A DNA stretch of 24,000 nt, from NCBI GenBank assembly GCA_041649995.1, contig JBAZMA010000010.1, positions 37,913-61,912 of the forward strand. Direction: 5' to 3'. The translations under genes were made by a program, and so were the position numbers. The notes beneath the pieces are model-generated. The model saw only the letters and a program-made list of their open reading frames with translations. It did no database searches and was not told the origin of the DNA. This DNA is from Candidatus Omnitrophota bacterium. GTDB taxonomy: Bacteria > Omnitrophota > Gorgyraeia > Velamenicoccales > Velamenicoccaceae. Positions 16,652-23,926 of this stretch are shown here, one piece after another; within the stretch, counting starts at the first letter, position 1; each line of letters begins with the position of its first letter.

Positions 16652-17800
16652 TTATTCCACGTATGTGTAGATCTTACCTTTATAATTGCGCAAAACGTGC
16701 TTGCCCTTATCCTGAGAGATAAGGTAGCTGGGGCCGACAGGGATCTTTCCGCCTCCCCCGGGCGCGTCCACCACATAGGTGGGAACGGCATAGCCGGACG
16801 TGTACCCGCGAAGTTTTTCTATGATATTGATGCCCACGGCCACAGGCGTGCGGAAATGGGCCGTGCCTTTGACGGGGTCGCACTGATAGATATAATAGGG
16901 CCTCACGCGAACCTGCAGCAGCTCATGCATGAGTTTCTTCATGATATACGGCTTGTCATTGATGCCTTTGAGCAGGACGGTCTGGCTGCCCAGGGGGATT
17001 CCCGCCTCAGCCAGCATATCGCAGGCCGCTTTACACCTGCGGGAAACCTCTCTGGGGTGATTGAAGTGGATGCTGACCCACAGAGGCGAGTATTTCTTCA
17101 GGACAGCCACCAGGGATTCCGTGATCCTCTGGGGCAGCGTGACAGGCACGCGCGTGCCCATCCTGACGAATTCCACATGGGAAATAGAAGTGACTTTTTT
17201 CAAAAGTTCGTCCAATTCGTCGTCCTCCAGCATCAGGGGATCTCCGCCGGAAATCAGGACATCCCGTATTTTCTTGTTGCTGCGGATGTAATCGAGGGCG
17301 GCATCGAATGTCTTGGGGGCCATGGAACGCGCCTGCTTTTCGCCCACCAACCTGCGGCGGGTGCAATGACGGCAATACATGGCGCATTGCTCAGTGGCCA
17401 GAAGCAGCACCCTGTCCGGATATCTGTGGACAAGGCCTTCGACCGGGGAGTCTCTGTCTTCGGCGCAAGGATCGATGAATTCGTTGTTGGAAAACTGGAA
17501 TTCCTGTTTGAGAGGAATGGCCTGGCGGCGGACAGGACACTCGGGGTCCTGGGCGTCCATCAAGGAAACCCAATAAGGGGTGATCGACATGGACAGGCGC
17601 CCGCTGGATTTGCGGATACCCTCCTCTTCTTCAGGCGTCAGGATCAAGACTTTAGAGATGGTCTCCAGGGTGTGGACCCTGTTCTTGAGCTGCCAATGCC
17701 AATCCTCCCACTGTTCCTCCGGGACATCTCTCCATAAAGCCACTTTGCGGTAATCGCCACCCGGGCGTCGCGTAATGACCTGTACAGATGTCTGCTCCAA
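16652..17800 (-). CDS. kamA: Lysine 2,3-aminomutase (KamA-family radical SAM/PLP enzyme)
   Basis: WEDWHWQLKNR, ITPYWVSLMD, the radical-SAM cluster motif CAMYCRHCTRR, SGGDPL, YIYQCD and VVDAPGGGGK. By eye it is collinear with clostridial KamA. The start is uncertain: the track start is TTG 17800, while the only strong Shine-Dalgarno (GGAGGG 17831..17826) sits 4 nt before an in-frame CTG at 17821. Confidence 0.9.
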   Translation of the reverse strand: MEQTSVQVITRRPGGDYRKVALWRDVPEEQWEDWHWQLKNRVHTLETISKVLILTPEEEEGIRKSSGRLSMSITPYWVSLMDAQDPECPVRRQAIPLKQEFQFSNNEFIDPCAEDRDSPVEGLVHRYPDRVLLLATEQCAMYCRHCTRRRLVGEKQARSMAPKTFDAALDYIRSNKKIRDVLISGGDPLMLEDDELDELLKKVTSISHVEFVRMGTRVPVTLPQRITESLVAVLKKYSPLWVSIHFNHPREVSRRCKAACDMLAEAGIPLGSQTVLLKGINDKPYIMKKLMHELLQVRVRPYYIYQCDPVKGTAHFRTPVAVGINIIEKLRGYTSGYAVPTYVVDAPGGGGKIPVGPSYLISQDKGKHVLRNYKGKIYTYVE

Positions 17801-17839
17801 AACCGGACTCTGGATTCCCAGCTGACCCTCCTTTTTTAA

Positions 17840-18835
17840 TTAGGCTTTGCCCGTTCGCTTAAGCGCTTCGTCAATGATCCTGACCATCAAATCGTTGTAG
17901 GATATCCCTTCCGCCTCGGCGGCCAAAGGGAAGACATCCGAAATGGTCACCGCCGGTAACGGGTTCACCTCCAGGACGAAAGGACAACCCCTTTCATCCA
18001 CGCGGAAATCAACGCGGCCAAAATCAAGGCAACCCATGGACCGATAGGCCTTAACCGCAAGATCGCGGAGCTTTTTATCAAGGTCCGGGCTGATTTTGGG
18101 AGGACACACATAGACAATATCGTCCCCTTCCAGTCTGCGGGATGTATAGACGAGATTTCCGGCTTCAAGATTCCCGGCGATCTGGATCTGCACAGGCGCC
18201 AGGGCCCACGGCTTTTCGTTCCCTATGACAAGAACGGTAAATTCTCCGCCCCGGATGAATTCCTCGACCAGCGCGGGCTGTTTGTAGAGGCGAAGGATCT
18301 CTTCAACCTGCTGTTTCAGGGCCGTCGTATCGGAAACAATGGACTTATCGGAAATCCCCTTAGAGGACCCTTCGTGGACGGGCTTGACAAAAAAAGGGAA
18401 TTTCATGGAATCCAGGTTCCCGAAATCCGTACCGGCGTCCGCGACGAAAAATCTGGGGGTTAGAACGCCGTCGGCAAGAAAAATTTTCTTGGCCAGGGCC
18501 TTATCCAGCGACAGACCCAGGGTCAAAGCGTCGCTTCCCACATAAGGAATGCCGTAAAGGTCCAGGATGGCCGGCACCTGCGATTCCCTGTTCCTGTTCC
18601 CTATGCCCTCGCAGATGTTCAAAACAATATCCATCGCCCCGACATCCTGAATGCGCTCCAGAAGTTTCCGGGCGTTGCCGATCCGCACGACTTTATGGCC
18701 GGCCGACTCCAGCGCGGCCGTAACCTCATCGATCGTTTCCTCCCTGTCCAATTCGGCGTAAAAATCAGCAGGCAGGCCTTGGACAGGCGCGTGATCGCTT
18801 TTCAAATCGTATGTGAATCCTATCGTTTTTCCCAT
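17840..18835 (-). CDS. D-alanine--D-alanine ligase-family ATP-grasp enzyme (substrate unknown)
   Basis: 331 aa. FTYDLKSDH..., ESQVPAILDLYGIPYVGSD, FPFFVKPVHEGSSKGI, ALVEEFIRGGEFTV and DFGRVDFRVDE...VLEVNPLP give a Ddl-like ATP-grasp layout. Confidence 0.88.
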   Translation of the reverse strand: MGKTIGFTYDLKSDHAPVQGLPADFYAELDREETIDEVTAALESAGHKVVRIGNARKLLERIQDVGAMDIVLNICEGIGNRNRESQVPAILDLYGIPYVGSDALTLGLSLDKALAKKIFLADGVLTPRFFVADAGTDFGNLDSMKFPFFVKPVHEGSSKGISDKSIVSDTTALKQQVEEILRLYKQPALVEEFIRGGEFTVLVIGNEKPWALAPVQIQIAGNLEAGNLVYTSRRLEGDDIVYVCPPKISPDLDKKLRDLAVKAYRSMGCLDFGRVDFRVDERGCPFVLEVNPLPAVTISDVFPLAAEAEGISYNDLMVRIIDEALKRTGKA

Positions 18836-18873
18836 AAAAAAAAGAAAAAAGGGACCCTGACGCTCAGAGTCCC
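18836..18873 (-). terminator. Intrinsic terminator/attenuator hairpin abutting the ATP-grasp start codon
   Basis: The minus strand reads GGGACTCTGA-GCG-TCAGGGTCCC (10-bp stem with one G-U pair, 18873..18851), then TTTTTTCTTTTTTTT running directly into the ATG at 18835. Confidence 0.7.
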
Positions 18874-18938
18874 TTAAAAAATTGAATTTTTGATTTTAAT
18901 CTCCTTGGCATTGAAAGAATTGTTTTACTCTATGAAAA

Positions 18939-18966
18939 AATTATCACAACAAATTACGCTTGTCAA
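18939..18966 (-). promoter_or_regulatory. Candidate sigma70-type promoter upstream of the leader/terminator
   Basis: The minus strand reads TTGACA (18966..18961), then a 15-17 nt spacer, then GATAAT / ATAATT / TAATTT (18945..18938). A TGT precedes GATAAT, which resembles an extended -10. Confidence 0.5.
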
Positions 18967-18994
18967 GCTGTTTCAGCGGTTTAGGAACAGCTTG
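18964..18994. promoter_or_regulatory. 9-bp inverted repeat CAAGCTGTT-N13-AACAGCTTG overlapping the -35 element
   Basis: The arms pair perfectly (18964-18972 with 18986-18994). This could be an operator, or a 3' stem-loop of the upstream ABC transcript. Confidence 0.35.
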
Positions 18995-19090
18995 AAGGCC
19001 GCAATATTTCTTTTTTCCGACGGAAAAGACTTTAAAAAATTTTTTAAGGAATTTTCCGCGCAAAAATGGAAATATTTCTCTCAACGCTTT

Positions 19091-19900
19091 TTAAAACTGG
19101 CTTTTTCTTTCAAAGATCAGGCAGGCGACAATATTCAACAGGATCATCAGGAAGGCGGCGTGAAAAAGATAACCCGCGGGCGCTATGGGGATGCGGAAGA
19201 TCAACAGCTCTTTCAGGGCGATGGCCAGGAGCGCGTGGATCTGGGGAAGAAGGCGCAGGGCCAGGCCGATCATTTGTTCCAGCAATTGCGGCCAGCTCAA
19301 TCCGGCAAAAGCCCGGCCGGCGGAAGGAACTCCGAAACCGGCGATCACCACGAAAACGGCCATCACGCCGGCGATCACATTCGGCAGAAGAGAATAAAAA
19401 AATACGACCAGACTCACATACAAGAGGCCCAAAAGGGCCATCACGGAAAACCCCTTCCAGACAAAAAAGGCGAGGGTCGGCTCATGGGAAACGATCACAA
19501 GCCAAACCCCGGCCGTCATCAAAAACCAGTTGATGAGAATCATTTTGTAAAGCCCCAGGAGAACGCCGGCCATGATCTGCCAGCGTCGCAGCGGCCGAAA
19601 CAAAAGCAATTCCAGCCTTTCAAACGCCAGATAATTCTGCATGGTGCTTAAAGAAACAAAAACGGCGATCAAAAGGATAAAAATATTGATGGCGACAAAC
19701 CCGACCTGGAGGGCTGTGGCCATCGGGAGCTGGTTCTCAAAGACACCCGGATCGTTCACCACATAGGGGACATTGGCCAGGAGGATGAACAAAAACGATA
19801 ACAGCAGAAAACTGTACATCATTTTTTCCCTGAGGGCGCCCCGATAAACATCATGGCCGATCAGGCGGATCAAAAACCAGGAACGAAAAAGAATCTTCAC
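19091..19900 (-). CDS. ABC-2 type transporter permease
   Basis: 269 aa with about 6 hydrophobic helices. GTG start overlapping the ATPase stop (GTGA), which suggests translational coupling. Confidence 0.85.
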   Translation of the reverse strand: MKILFRSWFLIRLIGHDVYRGALREKMMYSFLLLSFLFILLANVPYVVNDPGVFENQLPMATALQVGFVAINIFILLIAVFVSLSTMQNYLAFERLELLLFRPLRRWQIMAGVLLGLYKMILINWFLMTAGVWLVIVSHEPTLAFFVWKGFSVMALLGLLYVSLVVFFYSLLPNVIAGVMAVFVVIAGFGVPSAGRAFAGLSWPQLLEQMIGLALRLLPQIHALLAIALKELLIFRIPIAPAGYLFHAAFLMILLNIVACLIFERKSQF

Positions 19901-20655
19901 CGGTCCTCCTTGATCAGGCGCAGAAATTCCTCTTCCATGCTGCCCTGACGCAGAAAATCCTGCCTCTCCCCGATCTTCAAAACCCTCCCCTTGCTGATCA
20001 AGGCGATCCGGTCCGACAATTTTTCGATCAACGGCAGTGTGTGCGAAGACATGAAAATCGTCTTGCCCCTGTTTTTCAGGATCAGGACGGCTTCCCGGAA
20101 ACGCTCGACAGCCAAAGGATCCAGATACACCGTGGGTTCATCCAGGAAAATGATATCCGGGTCATTGACCAAAGCCAGCATAAAATCGACCAGCCTGCGC
20201 TGCCCCATCGAAAGCTTGCGCACAAGGACAAAGCGCTCCTGGGTCAATCCGGTCATCTCCAGAAGAGACTGGATACGGTCGATGGTGACATCATCGGTTA
20301 AGCCGTAAATTCTGGAAAAAAAAGTCAGAATCTCTGTGACCGTCAAATACTCCGAGGCCAGGGTATTCTCCGGAACAAACCCGATGCGTTCCAGCGGCCA
20401 CGTTTGAGGACAACGGAAGGCTTTGCCAAAAAGCTCAATGGAACCGGCCGAAGGCTTGGAGATTCCGGTAAGCAAGTGAAGGGTCGTGGTCTTGCCGGCG
20501 CCATTGGGCCCCAAAAAACCGAAGATCTCTCCGCGCCGCACTTCAAAATTCAGGTCCCAGACGGCGCGGACACGGGCGCGGGAAAACAGGGCAGAGGACC
20601 GGAACTCCTTGCCCAAGCCGCAAACTTTTATGATCGCAGGGGATTGTTCGGCCAT
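19897..20655 (-). CDS. ABC transporter ATP-binding protein
   Basis: Walker A is GPNGAGKTTTL, the signature motif is LSMGQRRL, Walker B is IIFLDEPT, and the H-loop is SSHTL. Confidence 0.93.
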   Translation of the reverse strand: MAEQSPAIIKVCGLGKEFRSSALFSRARVRAVWDLNFEVRRGEIFGFLGPNGAGKTTTLHLLTGISKPSAGSIELFGKAFRCPQTWPLERIGFVPENTLASEYLTVTEILTFFSRIYGLTDDVTIDRIQSLLEMTGLTQERFVLVRKLSMGQRRLVDFMLALVNDPDIIFLDEPTVYLDPLAVERFREAVLILKNRGKTIFMSSHTLPLIEKLSDRIALISKGRVLKIGERQDFLRQGSMEEEFLRLIKEDR

Positions 20656-21263
20656 AAGCCTAAAAGGTGAAGTTGACGGCGGATATCCTGAGCCGAAGTG
20701 AAGACCAGGGAACGGATGCCTAAGGCCTGGGCCGCCTCCACCAGGTCCTTTCGGTCGTCGATATAAAGGGCGTCGCAGGCCCGGGCTCCGCAGGACGCGA
20801 GGGCGGCCTCATAAATCAAGGGGTGGGGTTTGCGCCGCCCGACCTCATAGGAAAGAATGATCCTGTCGAAGACATCCAGATGGGAAGGAAAATGCTTTTG
20901 AATGTAGCGGTAATGGAGTTCATTGATATTGGAAACAAGATGCAGCCGGAAATCTTTTTTCATCTCCCGCAGCAAAGCCAGCATGCCGCTATTGTCGAAA
21001 AAAATCCCGCTCCAGGATTCCGAGAAATTATCATACGTCAAATCCCGGCCGCCCAGCGCCTGGTTCATCCGCTCAAAAAAAACCTTCGAGGAGATACGGC
21101 CCTCCTCATAATCCTCCGTCAATGAGGAATCAAAAAACAGCTGGTAGGCTTCATCGAAGGACTTGGAACAATAAGGCAGGATGCTCTTAACGGCGATCCG
21201 ATGATCAAAATTGATAAGGACATTTCCGAGATCGCAAAGGATCAGCTTGACTGGGCTTTTCAT
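20628..21263 (-). CDS. HAD-superfamily hydrolase (subfamily IA, YihX-like phosphatase)
   Basis: Motif I variant LILCDLGNVLINFD, ...HLVSNINE and ...GRRKPHPLIYE...LYIDDR. The 3' end overlaps the ABC ATPase start by 28 nt. Confidence 0.85.
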   Translation of the reverse strand: MKSPVKLILCDLGNVLINFDHRIAVKSILPYCSKSFDEAYQLFFDSSLTEDYEEGRISSKVFFERMNQALGGRDLTYDNFSESWSGIFFDNSGMLALLREMKKDFRLHLVSNINELHYRYIQKHFPSHLDVFDRIILSYEVGRRKPHPLIYEAALASCGARACDALYIDDRKDLVEAAQALGIRSLVFTSAQDIRRQLHLLGLWPNNPLRS

Positions 21264-21311
21264 CGACGCCGGCTCGTTAAGTTATTATGCTTGCTGCCCC
21301 ACCCCGCTTCG

Positions 21312-21433
21312 TCGCGGGGTTTCGCTCTATCGATACATTATGGAGCTCAAGTTCGGACAATAAGTTAGTTCGCCGCCTACGGCTACCGGCTCTCTAAGTT
21401 ATGCTTCTTGCTCACCCCGATCACCTCGAAGCT
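21312..21433. repeat. 122-bp repeat core, copy 1
   Basis: By eye it is base-for-base identical to 21501-21622 (TCGCGGGGTTTCGCTCTATCGATACATTATGGAGCTCAAGTTCGGACAATAAGTTAG...CACCTCGAAGCT). Confidence 0.9.
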
Positions 21434-21500
21434 TGCAGGTGACGATGGGACCCCGCTTCGCACGATATCACAAAAATTTCTTCGATATTTTTGTGATACT

Positions 21501-21622
21501 TCGCGGGGTTTCGCTCTATCGATACATTATGGAGCTCAAGTTCGGACAATAAGTTAGTTCGCCGCCTACGGCTACCGGCTCTCTAAGTTATGCTTCTTGC
21601 TCACCCCGATCACCTCGAAGCT
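21501..21622. repeat. 122-bp repeat core, copy 2
   Basis: Identical to 21312-21433, offset by 189 bp. Confidence 0.9.
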
Positions 21623-21723
21623 GCGCAAATTTCTTACGAAATTTGCTTGCAGGTGACGGGGTTAGTTCGGGCAATAACTTAGTTCGCCGCCTACGGCTAC
21701 CGGCTCTCTAAGTTATGCCCTCA

Positions 21724-22689
21724 CTAATTATCCTTCTTGCGGGGCTTTTTGAACAGGTCCAGGAAGCTGTCCTCATACTGCTCGTAGACGCTCCATTTAT
21801 CCAGTTCTTTTTTCAGCTCAATGGCTTTGGAAAGGTCTTTTTTGGCCATGCGGAAAAGATCGTTGATCCTTTTGCGGGCTGAGTCGGGCAGGCTTGGAGC
21901 CTCTGCCAGGCCCTGCTTGATGATATCGATCTCTTTCTGGTCGATCGGCTTCTCGTCTTCCGGCGGGTTCTTCAGATACTCGATGAGATGTTCGATCTCC
22001 TGGTTTATCTCCGCGGCGCGTTTTTTGAGTTCCGTCAGGTCCAAAGACAGGTTCAGAAGCCGGCTCAAAACCTCGAGAACCATCATGGAGGCCAGGGGAT
22101 TCTCGATCTGAATGGTGTAAAGGGGAATCTCGCCCAGTAGGCAAACGCCCTCCAGCCCCCTCTCCTTGGCCACCCCCAGGATCAGACCGTTCAAACCGCT
22201 GATCTGTCCAGAAGGCATGCTTTTGACTTTCGCCTTCTCAAAATTGGACAGAAGGTCCTTGTTCGTGGCCACGGCGTAGACCTCCGGGACCTGCGTATGT
22301 TCGATCGGCAGCGGCATGGCGGCAAACGTATAGACAATACGGACCTTCATCGTCTGAATGAACTCCACGATCTCGCTGGCGTAATCGTATCCCTTTTCAA
22401 TGAAGGGTTGCGCGTCGCTGATAAAAATGATCAGGTCGGAGGCCTGGGGATTACGGAAAAAATAAAATCTGCCCACGGGGTGCTGGGGAATATCGATCAG
22501 GTTGTTATCAATCCAGACACCGGATGGGTGAAAATATTCGCAGGACTCAAGGCTGGCGAACTCTTCGGCCCCCAGCGTATCCTTAAGATAGGTCGCGGCC
22601 TTCAAGGCGACATCCCCCATCCCCGGCCAGGCGGCGATCAGAACGGGATCTTTGAGCCGTATGCGTTTTTTAATGTGTATGGATTTCAT
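21724..22689 (-). CDS. PAC2 (proteasome assembly chaperone 2-like) family protein with a C-terminal coiled-coil extension
   Basis: LKDPVLIAAWPGMGDVALKAATYL...FHPSGVWIDNN...FYFFRN...DLIIFISDAQP...VYTFAAMP resembles the PAC2-family core. The last 110 aa or so are charged and helical. Confidence 0.7.
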   Translation of the reverse strand: MKSIHIKKRIRLKDPVLIAAWPGMGDVALKAATYLKDTLGAEEFASLESCEYFHPSGVWIDNNLIDIPQHPVGRFYFFRNPQASDLIIFISDAQPFIEKGYDYASEIVEFIQTMKVRIVYTFAAMPLPIEHTQVPEVYAVATNKDLLSNFEKAKVKSMPSGQISGLNGLILGVAKERGLEGVCLLGEIPLYTIQIENPLASMMVLEVLSRLLNLSLDLTELKKRAAEINQEIEHLIEYLKNPPEDEKPIDQKEIDIIKQGLAEAPSLPDSARKRINDLFRMAKKDLSKAIELKKELDKWSVYEQYEDSFLDLFKKPRKKDN

Positions 22690-22698
22690 GGCGGAGTT

Positions 22699-22727
22699 AT
22701 TTTATCCCTTTTTAAGTTCGTGTTCAA
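22699..22727 (-). promoter_or_regulatory. Candidate promoter placing the transcription start almost at the PAC2 ATG
   Basis: The minus strand reads TTGAAC (22727..22722), a 17-nt spacer, then TAAAAT (22704..22699). Only 9 nt separate the -10 from the ATG at 22689, and there is no Shine-Dalgarno. Confidence 0.35.
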
Positions 22728-22783
22728 TAAAAGATTTGCGCGGGCAAAAGCGACCCTCGTCAAAAAAGGAAAACAGCCTGCAT

Positions 22784-23926
22784 TTAGACGAAAGAGGACA
22801 TCTTTTTGTCAAAAATCCGGACAAAGCGTTCCAGCTGCCGCGCCCCGGCCAAAAGGTCGTGGACGCGGACATATTCATCGGTGGCGTGGGCGCACCCCTT
22901 GGCCCCCCAGCCTGTGGCGACGGCGGGAATACCTTTGTTCTTGAAGAACGTGATGACTGTGGCGCCTTCACTGCCCTTGACGCGCGGCTCCATTCCCGTT
23001 TCCTCCCCGGCCTTCAGCAGACACCTGACAAGGGGATGCGTCCGGGAAATCTCATACGGTTGCTGGATGTCCTGCGCGCGAAGATGGAAGGCGATCCCCG
23101 TTTTCTTCCAGGCCGCCCTGATCGCCGCAAGGATTTCACGGGCTTCCATCCCGGGAACAAAACGCAGGTCCGCTTCAAACTCACACCAGTCCGCGACCAT
23201 ATTGACCTTGTCTCCCCCGTGGATCGTCCCGATATTGATTGTGGGCGGGTTGAGCAAGGTATGGGAAGGAGCCTTGAATTTCAACGTCTTCAATTCCTTG
23301 ATCAAAACCAGGGCCCCGTCGATCGCATTGACCCCTCTCTCGGGATAAGCGCCATGGGCTTTTCTCCCTCCCACCTCCACCTTAAAGTGGATCAGGCCTT
23401 TTTGCGCGATAATGACATGCCCTTCATCAGAATCCAGGATCACGGCGAAATCAGGTTTTCGCCTGTTTTTTTCCAGCCACGGCAGAAGCCCGCGTCCGGA
23501 GCCTGTTTCCTCATCGGCTGTGGCCAAAAACATCCAATCTCCCTGCAGAGGGGCGCCGTCCTCTTTAAGGCTGATCATGACCTCCAGGGCCACGGCCAGA
23601 TTCCCCTTGCAGTCCGTGGCGCCGCGGCCGTAGATCCTGCCTGCGCGGATAATACCGGAAAACGGATCCAGACTCCAGCCGTTGCCCGCGGGCACCGTAT
23701 CCAGGTGCGGGGACAAAAGACAGCAAAATTTTCCTCCGGCGCCTTTCAAAAGGGCTGAACAATTGTCCCGGCGGGGAGAATAGCGAAAAATTCCGGGAGA
23801 ATATCCGGCGCGGCGCAATTCTTTCGCGACAAAAGCGGCAATCGAGCGCTCGTCACCAGGCGGGTTCTCGGAATTGATCCGGATCAACTGCCGTGTCAAC
23901 CGAATCAAACGTTCTTTATTAATCAC
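22784..23926 (-). CDS. M20-family metallopeptidase (ArgE/DapE-like deacylase)
   Basis: LLSPHLDTVPAG...W..DPF, GRIYGRGATDCKGNLA, TADEETGS and the dimerisation-domain segment HGAYPERGVNAI. Confidence 0.88.
   Translation of the reverse strand: MINKERLIRLTRQLIRINSENPPGDERSIAAFVAKELRRAGYSPGIFRYSPRRDNCSALLKGAGGKFCCLLSPHLDTVPAGNGWSLDPFSGIIRAGRIYGRGATDCKGNLAVALEVMISLKEDGAPLQGDWMFLATADEETGSGRGLLPWLEKNRRKPDFAVILDSDEGHVIIAQKGLIHFKVEVGGRKAHGAYPERGVNAIDGALVLIKELKTLKFKAPSHTLLNPPTINIGTIHGGDKVNMVADWCEFEADLRFVPGMEAREILAAIRAAWKKTGIAFHLRAQDIQQPYEISRTHPLVRCLLKAGEETGMEPRVKGSEGATVITFFKNKGIPAVATGWGAKGCAHATDEYVRVHDLLAGARQLERFVRIFDKKMSSFV

Larger units (their letters stand above)
21264..21723. repeat. ORF-free tandem/nested repeat array (candidate structured RNA or mosaic intergenic repeat)
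   Basis: Two identical 122-bp cores with a 189-bp period. A roughly 55-nt submodule, AGTTCGGnCAATAAnTTAGTTCGCCGCCTACGGCTACCGGCTCTCTAAGTTATGC, starts at 21350, 21539 and 21664, and a degenerate partial copy lies at 21264-21300. GC-clamped hairpins are at 21301-21320, 21415-21449, 21450-21509 and 21604-21661. Confidence 0.9.

Noticed and set aside
18905-18922. TTGGCAT...TTGT on the + strand resembles a sigma54 -24/-12 element.
   Set aside because: The GG-to-GC spacing is off by about 3 nt, the -12 GC is missing, and there is no + strand gene downstream.
21333-21342. CATAATGTAT on the minus strand (also at 21522-21531) matches 10 nt of the E. coli dif core as I remember it. It could be a Xer recombination site.
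   Set aside because: The expected second arm (TTATGTTAAAT-like) is absent; the sequence continues CGATAGAGCG. The motif occurs twice inside identical repeats, and a 10-mer match has little weight without the palindromic partner.
21264-21723. Possible CRISPR array, because of the regularly spaced direct repeats.
   Set aside because: The repeats are 122 bp and 55 nt long, not 24-48 bp. There are only 2-3 copies. The intervening 'spacers' are themselves related hairpins. No cas genes or leader are present in the window.
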